IMG/VR virus record: IMGVR_UViG_3300027659_000011
Location: 64,413 to 128,412 of that record
Strand: one strand, 5' to 3'
Source of the DNA: a virus
DNA: 64,000 bases
Shown one piece after another: positions 21,807 to 31,143 of this stretch (positions within the stretch are counted from its first letter, which is position 1; every line of letters starts with the position of its first letter). The position numbers and the translations under genes are program-made. The notes under the pieces were generated by a model. It saw nothing but the letters and a program-made list of their open reading frames with translations. It made no database searches and had not been told where the DNA came from.

Positions 21807-22500
21807 CCAATATGTATATGGTCATATTGATAGATTAAGCCCTGAAGCTCCAGTTCCTGTATTTGTACCTGCGCACGAAGAAACTCGCAGAGGTATGGCA
21901 GGAAATGTTGAAGAAAACTTAAAATCTCTGGGTTGTACAGTACAGTTACTGACTATAAAAGGCAGTGTGAAAACTAGATTTATAGATGCAAGGTCTAATC
22001 AACATATTATGCGCTTAGATCAAGACGCTACTGGTGGACCTTTTGAGATTGAGTACCCACTACCCCCTATATTTGACGCAGTAGTAGTCAGCGACTATAA
22101 CAAAGGCTGTGTTAGCTACGAATTAGTTGAACAACTAATAAGGATGTTCCCTTGCCCTATATTTGTTGACACTAAGAAAACAGATTTAGCTAGATTTGAA
22201 GGCACCTTTGTAAAGATTAATAATTTAGAAAATTCACTAGCTAAAACGTTTCCAAGTCAATTAATTGTAACACTTGGTAAACACGGTACACGTTATAACG
22301 ATGTTGTCTATCCTGCACCCGTTGTAGAAGTAGCAGATGTTTGTGGGGCAGGAGATACCTTTTTAGCAGCATTAACTTATGAATACTTAAATACAAAAGA
22401 TATGGTTAAAGCTATTGAGTTTGCTAATCGTGCAGCTGCAATAACAGTAAAACATATGGGTGTTTATGCACCCACATTGAAAGAAATAAATGAGGCTTAA
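21715..22500 (+). CDS. heptose-7-phosphate kinase (HldA/RfaE domain I, PfkB family)
   Basis: RLSPEAPVPV, SDYNKG, DVCGAGDTFLA; start uncertain. Confidence 0.88.
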   Translation: MQSNLDSIIEQHLSQVPKSWKILLIGDTCVDQYVYGHIDRLSPEAPVPVFVPAHEETRRGMAGNVEENLKSLGCTVQLLTIKGSVKTRFIDARSNQHIMRLDQDATGGPFEIEYPLPPIFDAVVVSDYNKGCVSYELVEQLIRMFPCPIFVDTKKTDLARFEGTFVKINNLENSLAKTFPSQLIVTLGKHGTRYNDVVYPAPVVEVADVCGAGDTFLAALTYEYLNTKDMVKAIEFANRAAAITVKHMGVYAPTLKEINEA

Positions 22501-22846
22501 TGGGTTTGTAGAAAAAGGTTGGGGCTCAGAGTTAATTTGGGCAACTAATGATAAATATTGTGGTAAGTTAATGAAATTTAACAAAGACGCAAAATTTTCA
22601 ATGCACTTTCACGCTGAAAAAGATGAAAGCTGGTATATCTTAGAAGGCAGATTTCTTATTAAGTTTATTGAGACCAATGACGCAAGCCTACACGAAGTAG
22701 TGTTAAAAGCTGGGGAAGTGTGGCGAAATAGACCCCTACAACCTCACCAAGTTGTTTGCATTGAAGCAGGTACAATTATTGAGGTTAGTACACCAGATTC
22801 AGTAGAAGATAATTATAGAATTATGCCAGGTGATAGTCAACAATGA
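22490..22846 (+). CDS. cupin-fold sugar isomerase-like protein
   Basis: KGWG.E, SMHFH..KDE.W, PHQ, EVST. Confidence 0.75.
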   Translation: MRLNGFVEKGWGSELIWATNDKYCGKLMKFNKDAKFSMHFHAEKDESWYILEGRFLIKFIETNDASLHEVVLKAGEVWRNRPLQPHQVVCIEAGTIIEVSTPDSVEDNYRIMPGDSQQ

Positions 22847-23151
22847 AATATATTATAGATATTGACGGAACAATTTGCTCAGTTGTTCTTAACGATGATG
22901 GCAGTGTAAACTATGATAAAACACAGCCGTACAAAGACAGAATTAAAAAAATCAATAAGTTAATAAGTGAAGGTCACGAAATAACTTATTGGACAGCCAG
23001 AGGATCTGCATCTGGCGTTGATAGGTCAGAATTGACCAGAAAACAGCTCACAGAGTGGGGAGCAAGATATCACGAACTGTTATTTTATAAACCTGTTTAT
23101 GATATTTGGATTGATGACAAAGCCATTAACTCAGAACAATACTTTAAATGA
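22843..23151 (+). CDS. small HAD-family phosphatase (possible GmhB substitute)
   Basis: DIDGTI, WTARG, KP.YD.WIDDK. Confidence 0.75.
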   Translation: MKYIIDIDGTICSVVLNDDGSVNYDKTQPYKDRIKKINKLISEGHEITYWTARGSASGVDRSELTRKQLTEWGARYHELLFYKPVYDIWIDDKAINSEQYFK

Positions 23152-23930
23152 AAATTTTATTAACAGGACACCGCGGTTTTATTGGCAAAAACTTATTAAA
23201 AGTCTTAGAAAACGCCGACCACGAGATTAGTACGTTTGAGTGGGATGATGGAAATATGCCCAGCGTTATGGAACAAGACTGGGTCATACACATTGGTGGA
23301 ATTAGCTCAACTACTGAGCGTGATGTTGACAAAATTATGCGACAAAATTATGATTTTAGTCGCCAACTATTTGCTGCTTGTAAAATTTACGGAGTAAATT
23401 TACAGTATGCAAGCAGCGCTAGCATATACGGTTTAGGGTCAGATTTTAAAGAAACAGCACCTGTAGATCCAAGAAATGCCTATGCTTGGTCTAAATATAT
23501 GTTTGAACGATACCATCAACAACATCAAGGTGGTAATATAGTACAAGGATTTCGTTACTTCAATGTATATGGATTAGGTGAAGACCACAAAGGATCTCAG
23601 GCTAGTCCCTACCACCAATTTAAAAATCAAGCAGTTAAAGATGGTAAAATAAAAGTATTTGAAAATAGCCAAGATTATAGAAGAGATTTTGTACCAGTTG
23701 AGCAGATAGTTGCTACTCATCTGGCTTTTTTAAATAGTCAAGAATCAGGTATATTCAACATTGGCACAGGTACTACACAAAGCTTTTTAGAAGTAGCTGA
23801 GTATTTTAATGTTCCAATTGAAACAATACCAATGCCTGAACAACTAAAGGCAAGTTACCAAAAGTATACTTGTGCTGACATGACTAAAACACGTAAGATT
23901 TATGACTACACTAAAAGAACTGACGCATGA
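23148..23930 (+). CDS. hldD: ADP-L-glycero-D-manno-heptose 6-epimerase
   Basis: G..GFIG, SSTTE, YASSAS.YG, Y..SK, FRYFNVYG..E.HKG, RDFV, YQ.YT.AD. Confidence 0.85.
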   Translation: MKILLTGHRGFIGKNLLKVLENADHEISTFEWDDGNMPSVMEQDWVIHIGGISSTTERDVDKIMRQNYDFSRQLFAACKIYGVNLQYASSASIYGLGSDFKETAPVDPRNAYAWSKYMFERYHQQHQGGNIVQGFRYFNVYGLGEDHKGSQASPYHQFKNQAVKDGKIKVFENSQDYRRDFVPVEQIVATHLAFLNSQESGIFNIGTGTTQSFLEVAEYFNVPIETIPMPEQLKASYQKYTCADMTKTRKIYDYTKRTDA

Positions 23931-24441
23931 AAACCATGCAAAAGCAGAGGCTCATCCGTTCACAAAATTATTAATAACAGGTAATCTTCCTAGTCATGTA
24001 TATGCCGACTACTTATATAATCAATTAGCTGCATATAATGCACTAGAAATATTATGTGAACAGCATGGTTTATTAGAAGGTATTGAAGATATTAAAAGAT
24101 CAGAAAAGATAATTAATGATTTAAATGAATTTATTGATGAATATCCTGAAGTACAGATTTACCCTTCTACATTAGACTATGTAGACTATTTAGAAAAAGC
24201 ATCGAGTAAACAGTTATTAGCTCATCTATATGTACGTCATATGGGCGATATGTATGGTGGACAGCTTATAAAAACAAAGATACCTGGTAATGGTACTATG
24301 TATGATTTTGAAAATCGTAAAGAGCTTATTCAAAAACTACGTGAAAGATTAACTGAAGATTTAGCAACAGAAGCAAATTATTGTTTTGAGCAAATTTTTT
24401 CAACATTCACGGAGTTAGCTAATGAGCACAATATTCTATAA
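23902..24441 (+). CDS. hemO: heme oxygenase
   Basis: LKELT...H..AE, AHLYVRHMGDMYGGQ, EA..CF. Confidence 0.9.
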   Translation: MTTLKELTHENHAKAEAHPFTKLLITGNLPSHVYADYLYNQLAAYNALEILCEQHGLLEGIEDIKRSEKIINDLNEFIDEYPEVQIYPSTLDYVDYLEKASSKQLLAHLYVRHMGDMYGGQLIKTKIPGNGTMYDFENRKELIQKLRERLTEDLATEANYCFEQIFSTFTELANEHNIL

Positions 24442-25114
24442 ATTAAAAGCTCATGCACTAGAATTAGAATCAATTCTTAGTGCTAGAGCTTTTTCTTCGC
24501 CTTCAGAAATCACCTCAGAATGGTACACTAAGAATTTTTCTAGTGCTTGGGTTCGTAGAGCTAACCTAGATGTTATTGACGTATCAGATTCTAAAAAACT
24601 GTATATGATGCATCTATGTATATTTCCCCATACATATGACGCTGCTCCTATATATGGATTCGATATCATAGCTGGTACAAATAAAATTACAGGTGCCTTT
24701 TTAGATTTTTCACCTACAGGAGATCCTGAACATCCACTATGTAAGTGGTTTCAAGAGTTTGTAGAGCCAACATCATGGGCAAAACCCAGAGAATTACCTG
24801 AATGGGCACGAAACATATTTTCAAATCGTATGGTTGCTGCAGGTAATATTAATACTGATTTTGAATTAGCCGTATTACTAGAAATAAGTAAAAAGTCATT
24901 GGTTCACTATTTAGACAATATATCAAAACATCGCCCAATGTTAAAGTATGAAGATATGATATCACAGAATAATTTTACTGAAAAGCAAAATTATTACTGT
25001 CAGCAACAAAAATGCAATCCACATACTCCAAGAGTATTAAAAACATTAGGGTTTAATGATGAACAAGTACATGAGTACATACATAAAGAGCTATTTCCTG
25101 AAATCCCCGTTTAG
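24422..25114 (+). CDS. pcyX: ferredoxin-dependent bilin reductase (PcyX/PcyA-like)
   Basis: MMHLCIFP, PIYGFDIIAG, GAFLDFSP, RELPEWA..IFS, QNYYC.QQ..NPHT; directly after heme oxygenase. Confidence 0.82.
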   Translation: MSTIFYKLKAHALELESILSARAFSSPSEITSEWYTKNFSSAWVRRANLDVIDVSDSKKLYMMHLCIFPHTYDAAPIYGFDIIAGTNKITGAFLDFSPTGDPEHPLCKWFQEFVEPTSWAKPRELPEWARNIFSNRMVAAGNINTDFELAVLLEISKKSLVHYLDNISKHRPMLKYEDMISQNNFTEKQNYYCQQQKCNPHTPRVLKTLGFNDEQVHEYIHKELFPEIPV

Positions 25115-25201
25115 TACAGAATACATATATTATTTATCAGGATTAGTTTACTGGGAAGATTTCCACAGTACGACTCCTAGCCCTTAAAAAATAAATTTAA
25201 A

Positions 25202-25235
25202 AAAGTTCTGAGTACGAGTATACCAAGAACTTTTT
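25202..25235 (+). terminator. probable intrinsic terminator
   Basis: aaagttct...agaacttt stem with T-run. Confidence 0.45.
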
Positions 25236-25342
25236 GTTTTATCAAAATTTTAACAAAACTATTTGTTAAATCTCTTTATCTTGGATAATTAACTGTGTTA
25301 ATAATCCTTCTTTTATAAAAAACTTTTTTTGGAAAAACAAAA

Positions 25343-26077
25343 ATGGAAATAGACTGCCCCGTAGAAGCCCAATATAAAGAGGTTAATTTAGCTAATCACC
25401 TCTTGGCTATAAAATTAGCTAATTTAGGTCCAGCAGATCCTCGTCAACCTAATACCCTATATTGGGGCGATAAAATGTCCTTGTGGATGGTTGAAGAAGG
25501 TGTAGCACGTACGCAACTCTGCATGAACTGCGGTTATTATGATAAAAGCCCAGAAATGTTAGCTTACATTGCACAAGGCGAAGGTGGAACCTTAAAACCC
25601 AGTGAATTACCCGTTGAGCCTCGTTGGGCGGATATTCAAGGTATGCCTGCAGCAATTTGTACACGTTGGAATATTACTTGTTCAGCTATGCGCACTTGTG
25701 ATAACTGGGAATCTTGTGAATCAGAAGAAGGGCACGAATCTGAAACTGAAGTCGAAGATATGCCACAAGTTGTAGATATGATGGCTACTCAAATTGAGAT
25801 GGAAAAAACACTACTAGAAAAAGCTGCAAAACTAAAAACTGGTGATAGTGTTAGTTGGAATAGTAGTGGCGGTACTGCCAGAGGTAAAATTACTAAAATT
25901 ATTACTAGCGGCTCAGAGCAAGTGCCTGACAGTAGTTTTACAATTACAGGTACAGAAGAAGATCCTGGTGCTCTTATTCGCTTATATCGCCCTGATGCAG
26001 ACAATAAGTATAAGCCAACAGACACTATTGTAGGTCACAAAGTAAAAACTTTAACAAAAATTCCTTCGTTAACATAA
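25343..26077 (+). CDS. hypothetical protein, Cys-cluster N-terminal domain plus C-terminal Tudor/DUF2945-like domain
   Basis: CMNC...C...C...C; GDSVSWNSSGG.ARGKI. Confidence 0.55.
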   Translation: MEIDCPVEAQYKEVNLANHLLAIKLANLGPADPRQPNTLYWGDKMSLWMVEEGVARTQLCMNCGYYDKSPEMLAYIAQGEGGTLKPSELPVEPRWADIQGMPAAICTRWNITCSAMRTCDNWESCESEEGHESETEVEDMPQVVDMMATQIEMEKTLLEKAAKLKTGDSVSWNSSGGTARGKITKIITSGSEQVPDSSFTITGTEEDPGALIRLYRPDADNKYKPTDTIVGHKVKTLTKIPSLT

Positions 26078-26088
26078 GTAGGATAAAA

Positions 26089-26772
26089 ATGACAAAATCA
26101 TATGAAACTCTTATAAAAGAGCTCGAACAGCTAGACCACTTAATAGAAACAATCTTAGATGAGATTGATAACAGCGTTAAAGAAGCTAAAATGTATACTC
26201 CCACAGACGGTATGGCAGCAGCAGCAGTACGTGCTTTAAAGTGGCGTGAAGAAGGTCATCAAGGCGGTACTATGGTAGGTCTTGCTCGCGCAAATCAGTT
26301 AAAGAATAAAGAAAATCTATCTGAAAGCACAGTGCTAAGAATGCATAGTTTTTTCAGCCGTCATGCCGTTGATAAACAAGCAACAGGATTTTCAAGTGGA
26401 GAAGAAGGCTTTCCTAGTAAAGGTCGTGTGGCTTGGGATTTATGGGGAGGTGATCCTGGTGAGTCATGGTCACAACAAAAACGAGATCAAATTATGCGTG
26501 ATCGAGAAAACAAATCTTTACCGTTAGCAAAACTAATTGTAAAAGGTTCTGTATCTGCAACCCATAGAATGGCAGCAGCACAAGTACTTGAAGACTATGC
26601 AAACGAAAATATTAGCGAAGAATTAGAAGCATTTGGTCAATTTATGTATCATGCCGAGTTGTTACGAAATGATCACTTAGACGTATATTTAATAGACCTA
26701 CATATGGTAGAACAACCATATCGTGATATGCTAGTTAATATATTTAGTAGTTTTCATAATATGGAATCATAA
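26089..26772 (+). CDS. conserved phage protein of unknown function
   Basis: GGT.VG.ARANQL...RM.SFFSRH...AW.LWGGD motif recurrent in phages. Confidence 0.55.
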   Translation: MTKSYETLIKELEQLDHLIETILDEIDNSVKEAKMYTPTDGMAAAAVRALKWREEGHQGGTMVGLARANQLKNKENLSESTVLRMHSFFSRHAVDKQATGFSSGEEGFPSKGRVAWDLWGGDPGESWSQQKRDQIMRDRENKSLPLAKLIVKGSVSATHRMAAAQVLEDYANENISEELEAFGQFMYHAELLRNDHLDVYLIDLHMVEQPYRDMLVNIFSSFHNMES

Positions 26773-27200
26773 TGTGGATAATGAACTTTTTACCTAGCTG
26801 GATATTTCACTTACTATTTGCAGCAGGAGTACTAGCTCTAGTAGCTAGTTTTATAGTAAAAGCTATACCACTTTTAACTCAGTATAGAATACCAGTACAA
26901 ATAGCTGCAGTAGCAGCTATTTTAATAGCTACCTGGTTTGAAGGAGCTATTAGTAATCAAAATGCCTGGGTAGCTAAAGTTAAAGAGATGGAAGTAAAAG
27001 TAGCTGAAGCTGAAAAACAAGCAGAAAATACTAATACTGAAATCAAAGAAAAAATAGTTAAACAAATACAAATTGTTAAAACTAGAGGTAACGATGTAAT
27101 ACAGTATGTTGACAGAGAAGTTGTAAAATACGATTCTCGTTGTGAAATACCACAAGAGTTTGTAAAAGCGCATAATGCAGCAGCAGAAAAAATAAAATGA
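26772..27200 (+). CDS. i-spanin (Rz-like)
   Basis: N-terminal TM segments, coiled coil and a C-terminal Cys; precedes lipoprotein and endolysin. Confidence 0.7.
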   Translation: MWIMNFLPSWIFHLLFAAGVLALVASFIVKAIPLLTQYRIPVQIAAVAAILIATWFEGAISNQNAWVAKVKEMEVKVAEAEKQAENTNTEIKEKIVKQIQIVKTRGNDVIQYVDREVVKYDSRCEIPQEFVKAHNAAAEKIK

Positions 27201-27460
27201 AATATTTATTATTATCTTTATTACTACTTACAGGATGCACTACTGTACCAATTACAGCACGTTTTCCAGAAGCTCCGGGCTTACAGTCTCAAACAGCTTG
27301 CCCTAATTTAAAGAAATTAGAAGAAAATTCCAAGTTATCAGAACTAGCTAAGACTATTACTGTTAATTATACAGAGTATTATACTTGTGCAGTTAAACTT
27401 GACGCCTGGATAGAATGGTATGCTAAGCAAAAAATTATTTTTGAGGGAATTAGTAAATGA
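27197..27460 (+). CDS. o-spanin lipoprotein (Rz1-like)
   Basis: Lipobox LLTGC, Pro-rich, two further Cys. Confidence 0.75.
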   Translation: MKYLLLSLLLLTGCTTVPITARFPEAPGLQSQTACPNLKKLEENSKLSELAKTITVNYTEYYTCAVKLDAWIEWYAKQKIIFEGISK

Positions 27461-28080
27461 ACTTAACATTAGTGCAATTAAAACAATTGTTACCTAAAAA
27501 TCCTTATGTAGCTCAATGGCATAGTGCCTTAGAACAACTACTACCAGACTACGGAATTGATACTCCTCAACGTATTGCAGCATTTATTGCTCAGTGTGCT
27601 CACGAATCTGGCGGATTTATAGCACTTAAAGAAAATCTTAACTATAAAGCAGCTAGTCTTAGAAAGACATTTGCAAAATATTTTCCAGATGAAGATACAG
27701 CACAACATTATGCCAATCTACCAAATAAACAACAAGCCATAGCTAATCGTGTATATGCTAATCGTATGGGCAATGGTGATGAAGCTTCAGGAGACGGTTA
27801 TCGTTATTGCGGCCGTGGTCTAATACAGCTAACAGGTAAAGATAATTATACCTGGTTTGCAGCAAGTTTAAATATACCTGTAGAAGAAGCCTCAGAATAC
27901 CTAGAAACTTTTGAAGGTGCTGCACAATCGGCATGCTGGTTTTGGGAAACTAATAATTTAAATCAATGGGCGGATAAAGACGATATCCTTACCCTAACTA
28001 AACGTATCAACGGTGGCACAATTGGCCTAGAAGATCGAAAAAAACATTATGAACATGCCAAGCATGTACTAGGAGCATAA
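27457..28080 (+). CDS. GH19 family endolysin
   Basis: FIAQCAHESGG, ENLNY, Y.GRGLIQLTGK.NY, INGG..GL.DR. Confidence 0.92.
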   Translation: MNLTLVQLKQLLPKNPYVAQWHSALEQLLPDYGIDTPQRIAAFIAQCAHESGGFIALKENLNYKAASLRKTFAKYFPDEDTAQHYANLPNKQQAIANRVYANRMGNGDEASGDGYRYCGRGLIQLTGKDNYTWFAASLNIPVEEASEYLETFEGAAQSACWFWETNNLNQWADKDDILTLTKRINGGTIGLEDRKKHYEHAKHVLGA

Positions 28081-28083
28081 GCG

Positions 28084-28227
28084 GTGCTATCCGCAGTGCT
28101 AATTTCCTTAACATTATTAGCCCAAGCCAAACCTGAATACGAATGTGTTAGGTGGACATGGACTGGAGACGTATACAACAGAAAAGTAATTTGTTTAGAA
28201 TGGCGAAAAAAAGCCGATAGGAGGTAA
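28084..28227 (+). CDS. small secreted protein (47 aa)
   Basis: GTG start after AGGAG; signal-like N-terminus then ECVRWTWTGDVYNRKVICLEWR; not in ORF track. Confidence 0.55.
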   Translation: MLSAVLISLTLLAQAKPEYECVRWTWTGDVYNRKVICLEWRKKADRR

Positions 28228-28229
28228 GT

Positions 28230-28727
28230 ATGATAGATCCAATCACAGCATTAGCGGGTATTACATCAGCTATTAGCATGGTTAAAAAGGCAGCTAAGGT
28301 TGCTAACGATTTAGGGTCGTTGGCTCCTATGATCGGTAAAATGTTTGATGCTAAAAGCACTGCCACTAAAGCATTGATGGAAGCTAAATCGTCAAAAAAA
28401 GGGTCAAACATGGGTACGGCTCTTCAAATTGAGATGGCACTAGAACAGGCCAGGGCATTTGAAGAAGAGCTTAAAATGTTGTTTATGCAGACAGGCAAGA
28501 TTGACGTATGGAATAAAATTAAAGCTCGTCAAGCAGAAATGGATTCAGACGATGCTCAAGAAGTTAGACTTTTTAATGCACAAGAACGTAAACGCAAAGA
28601 AAAAGAAGCAGAGTTAAATGAGTGGGGAATGATTATAGGTGCAGTTGCATTTGTCGTATTCATATTTTTTATCGGCACTTATGAATTGATAGAATGGTGC
28701 CAAACAAGTGCTAGGTGTGGCAGATGA
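28230..28727 (+). CDS. hypothetical protein with C-terminal TM
   Basis: MIDPITALAG start, strong AGGAGG RBS, hydrophobic tail. Confidence 0.7.
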   Translation: MIDPITALAGITSAISMVKKAAKVANDLGSLAPMIGKMFDAKSTATKALMEAKSSKKGSNMGTALQIEMALEQARAFEEELKMLFMQTGKIDVWNKIKARQAEMDSDDAQEVRLFNAQERKRKEKEAELNEWGMIIGAVAFVVFIFFIGTYELIEWCQTSARCGR

Positions 28728-28876
28728 ATGAGTACCAAAAAACCTTCGATATATGCTTAAAAATATTTATTTACGGATGCGTAGCACTTTGGTTTTTAGG
28801 CTTCTTAAAATTCTTACCGGATGATTTATCAGATAGATTAGTCAATGGTTTGATAGGTAGATTTTTACCTGGTTAA
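28724..28876 (+). CDS. small membrane protein (50 aa)
   Basis: ATGA overlap; MNEYQKTFD...IFIYGCVALWFLGFL. Confidence 0.55.
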   Translation: MNEYQKTFDICLKIFIYGCVALWFLGFLKFLPDDLSDRLVNGLIGRFLPG

Positions 28877-28890
28877 TAAAAGGAAAAGTT

Positions 28891-29007
28891 ATGTTAGATA
28901 TTTTACTATGGTTAGCAGTAGGTGCATTTATTGGATGGAATTTCCCTCAGCCATCATGGGCCAAAATAGTGCAAGAAAAAATACAAGCAATAATTGCTAA
29001 AAAATAA
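28891..29007 (+). CDS. small membrane protein (38 aa)
   Basis: AAGGA RBS; MLDILLWLAVGAFIGWNFPQP. Confidence 0.55.
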   Translation: MLDILLWLAVGAFIGWNFPQPSWAKIVQEKIQAIIAKK

Positions 29008-29019
29008 ACAGGCAAGTAA

Positions 29020-29325
29020 ATGCACAATGATATAAAACTATTTAAGTGGGCAATAGCTCTATTATTAATACCTGTAGGTTTAGCATTTTTTGGTAAAGAC
29101 AGCTTTCGCTACCCCTGCCACGACCCTGCAAACTGGGAAAAAGATTTTTGTAAAGTACCCGTATGTGACGTTACCCGAACTTGTCCAGAACATATTTTTA
29201 AAGGCCAACGTGATCCAAGATTAGGACCTCCCAAAGATGGACAAACTCAAACATTTAATCAATCAGTTGCACCAACAGGTGCTTGTGTGGTACAACAAAA
29301 ACAAGGAGCTAACTGTGGAAAGTAA
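29020..29325 (+). CDS. membrane-anchored Cys-containing protein
   Basis: TM then FRYPC.DP.NW...C..P.C.V...CP. Confidence 0.6.
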   Translation: MHNDIKLFKWAIALLLIPVGLAFFGKDSFRYPCHDPANWEKDFCKVPVCDVTRTCPEHIFKGQRDPRLGPPKDGQTQTFNQSVAPTGACVVQQKQGANCGK

Positions 29326-29770
29326 TCCAATTATATATACTGAAGATCAGCTCATGGCGCGCCTAAAATTCTTTATTGGCATCTGTCTTGCGCTTACGCT
29401 AACTGGCATTGTGTTTGTAGTGCTATACTCAATTATTTTTATTACCCAGCCATTAAACGCTATTAGTCCTATTGACCAAAAGTTTTTTGAAATGATTATT
29501 CCAATTGCTACTTTTCTAACAGGTACACTATCAGGAATTATGTTAGCGGGTGGTAGCAAAGAAGAAATGGACATGAAACGCGACATGATTAAGCAAGCAC
29601 AAGAAAATTCAAATACTTATGCTAAAGCTAATCCAGTAAAAATAGAGCCTACATTTAATCCAGGATTTTCTACTACTCAAGGTTTTAATGGAACCAGTGC
29701 CCCTAGTACTAACATTATTTACATTAATGGTAAGCCTGCTCCTCAACAAGCACCGCATCCGGAGATTTAA
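29315..29770 (+). CDS. two-TM holin-like protein
   Basis: Two hydrophobic helices; GTG start after AAGGAG preferred to 29237. Confidence 0.55.
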   Translation: MESNPIIYTEDQLMARLKFFIGICLALTLTGIVFVVLYSIIFITQPLNAISPIDQKFFEMIIPIATFLTGTLSGIMLAGGSKEEMDMKRDMIKQAQENSNTYAKANPVKIEPTFNPGFSTTQGFNGTSAPSTNIIYINGKPAPQQAPHPEI

Positions 29771-29989
29771 ATGGAACCTTTAAAAACTATGTTATCTGAC
29801 AGTAGAGCAATTAGTAGTAAACGAGTCATTACTTTTTTAGCATTTTTAATGTGTGCCACTGCTTTTATAGCTATGATACTTGGTCACACAATAGATACAA
29901 AACTATTTGATTCTATGATGTATATTGTAATTGCAGGTTTAGGATTTACAGCAAGTGAAAGATTTGCTACAACTAAGGATGTCAAATAG
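29771..29989 (+). CDS. small two-TM holin-like protein
   Basis: SSKRV..F motif plus two TM segments in the lysis region. Confidence 0.55.
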   Translation: MEPLKTMLSDSRAISSKRVITFLAFLMCATAFIAMILGHTIDTKLFDSMMYIVIAGLGFTASERFATTKDVK

Positions 29990-30177
29990 TGATTGATGCG
30001 TACGATTTACAACAAAAGATTATGGCACAATGGGGGCAGTTAGCTTTAATACCTAGCGCGGCCTCTATTAATAAAAAGTATAACGAAGTTCCAGTATATG
30101 TTATTTTAAATAATAATACTTATACAGTAATAGATGTTATTACCAGAGATGGAAAAATAATTTTGGAGATTATATGA
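29989..30177 (+). CDS. hypothetical protein
   Basis: 62 aa coupled ORF. Confidence 0.5.
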   Translation: MIDAYDLQQKIMAQWGQLALIPSAASINKKYNEVPVYVILNNNTYTVIDVITRDGKIILEII

Positions 30178-30356
30178 AAAATATTATATTTGTAGCAGGT
30201 TTATGTTTACTACTATCTAGTCCAGTATTAGCTGCAGAAACTAAAAAGGTTTGTGTGGAACAAAAAGACGCTAAAACTGGTAAAATTAAAGAAGTCTGTA
30301 AAGATGTTAAACAACATAAAAAATTAGAAGGTACTAAAGTTCCTGATAAAAAGTAA
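30174..30356 (+). CDS. small secreted basic protein
   Basis: Signal peptide (VLA-A), two Cys. Confidence 0.6.
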   Translation: MKNIIFVAGLCLLLSSPVLAAETKKVCVEQKDAKTGKIKEVCKDVKQHKKLEGTKVPDKK

Positions 30357-30414
30357 TCTAATTAAGTGTCCAACGCTTAGTTTGCGTTGGTTTATTAACT
30401 AACCAGGTGTAAGT

Positions 30415-31104
30415 ATGGCAAGTTCATCAGGAAAAAGAGCTCGTAGAGCGCAAAGTTCTCAACCAAAAAATCCAATTGAGTTTGGGTTTAAAGATGTTAA
30501 ACCTTTGAATTTTATTCAAGGAGAGTATTTAGAAGCTATCAAAAATAATGAAATTATTTTTGGTATAGGTTCAGCAGGTACAGGAAAAACATTTGTAGCA
30601 GCTTCATACGCTGCAGGAGAGCTATTCCATAGAAGAATAGAAAAAATTATTTTAACAAGACCTAACGTAGAAACTGGTAGAGGATTAGGATTCTTACCAG
30701 GAGAACTAGAGGAAAAATATGCCCCTTACTTAGATCCTTTTGACCAAGTATTTAAACGCTCACTTGGCGCAGGATTTTATGAATACGCTCTAAAAACTAA
30801 AACTATAGATCCAAAACCTTTGGGTTTTATGCGAGGAGCTAGCTTTGAAAACTCAATTATATTAGTGGATGAAGTCCAAAATATGACTAAAACTGAGTTT
30901 AAGATGTTGCTTTCCAGAATAGGTAGAAACTGTAAAGTAATACTGTCTGGAGACCCCGATCAAACAGATATTCAAGACTCAGGTCTTAAAGATGCTGTTG
31001 ACAGATTAGAAGGTTTGGAAAGTATAGAAGTAATTAGATTTCTAGATGAAGATATCGTTCGTAGTAAAATGTGTAAACAAATTATTATAGCCTACAGAGA
31101 GTGA
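30415..31104 (+). CDS. phoH: PhoH-like ATPase
   Basis: GSAGTGKT, LGFLPG...EK, FMRG, DE.QN, GD..Q.D, DIVRS. Confidence 0.93.
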   Translation: MASSSGKRARRAQSSQPKNPIEFGFKDVKPLNFIQGEYLEAIKNNEIIFGIGSAGTGKTFVAASYAAGELFHRRIEKIILTRPNVETGRGLGFLPGELEEKYAPYLDPFDQVFKRSLGAGFYEYALKTKTIDPKPLGFMRGASFENSIILVDEVQNMTKTEFKMLLSRIGRNCKVILSGDPDQTDIQDSGLKDAVDRLEGLESIEVIRFLDEDIVRSKMCKQIIIAYRE

Positions 31105-31143
31105 AAAAAAAGCCCCTATACTTTACAGTATAGGGGCTTTTTT
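31105..31143. terminator. bidirectional intrinsic terminator at the strand switch
   Basis: A-run gcccctatac-tttaca-gtataggggc T-run between convergent genes. Confidence 0.88.
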
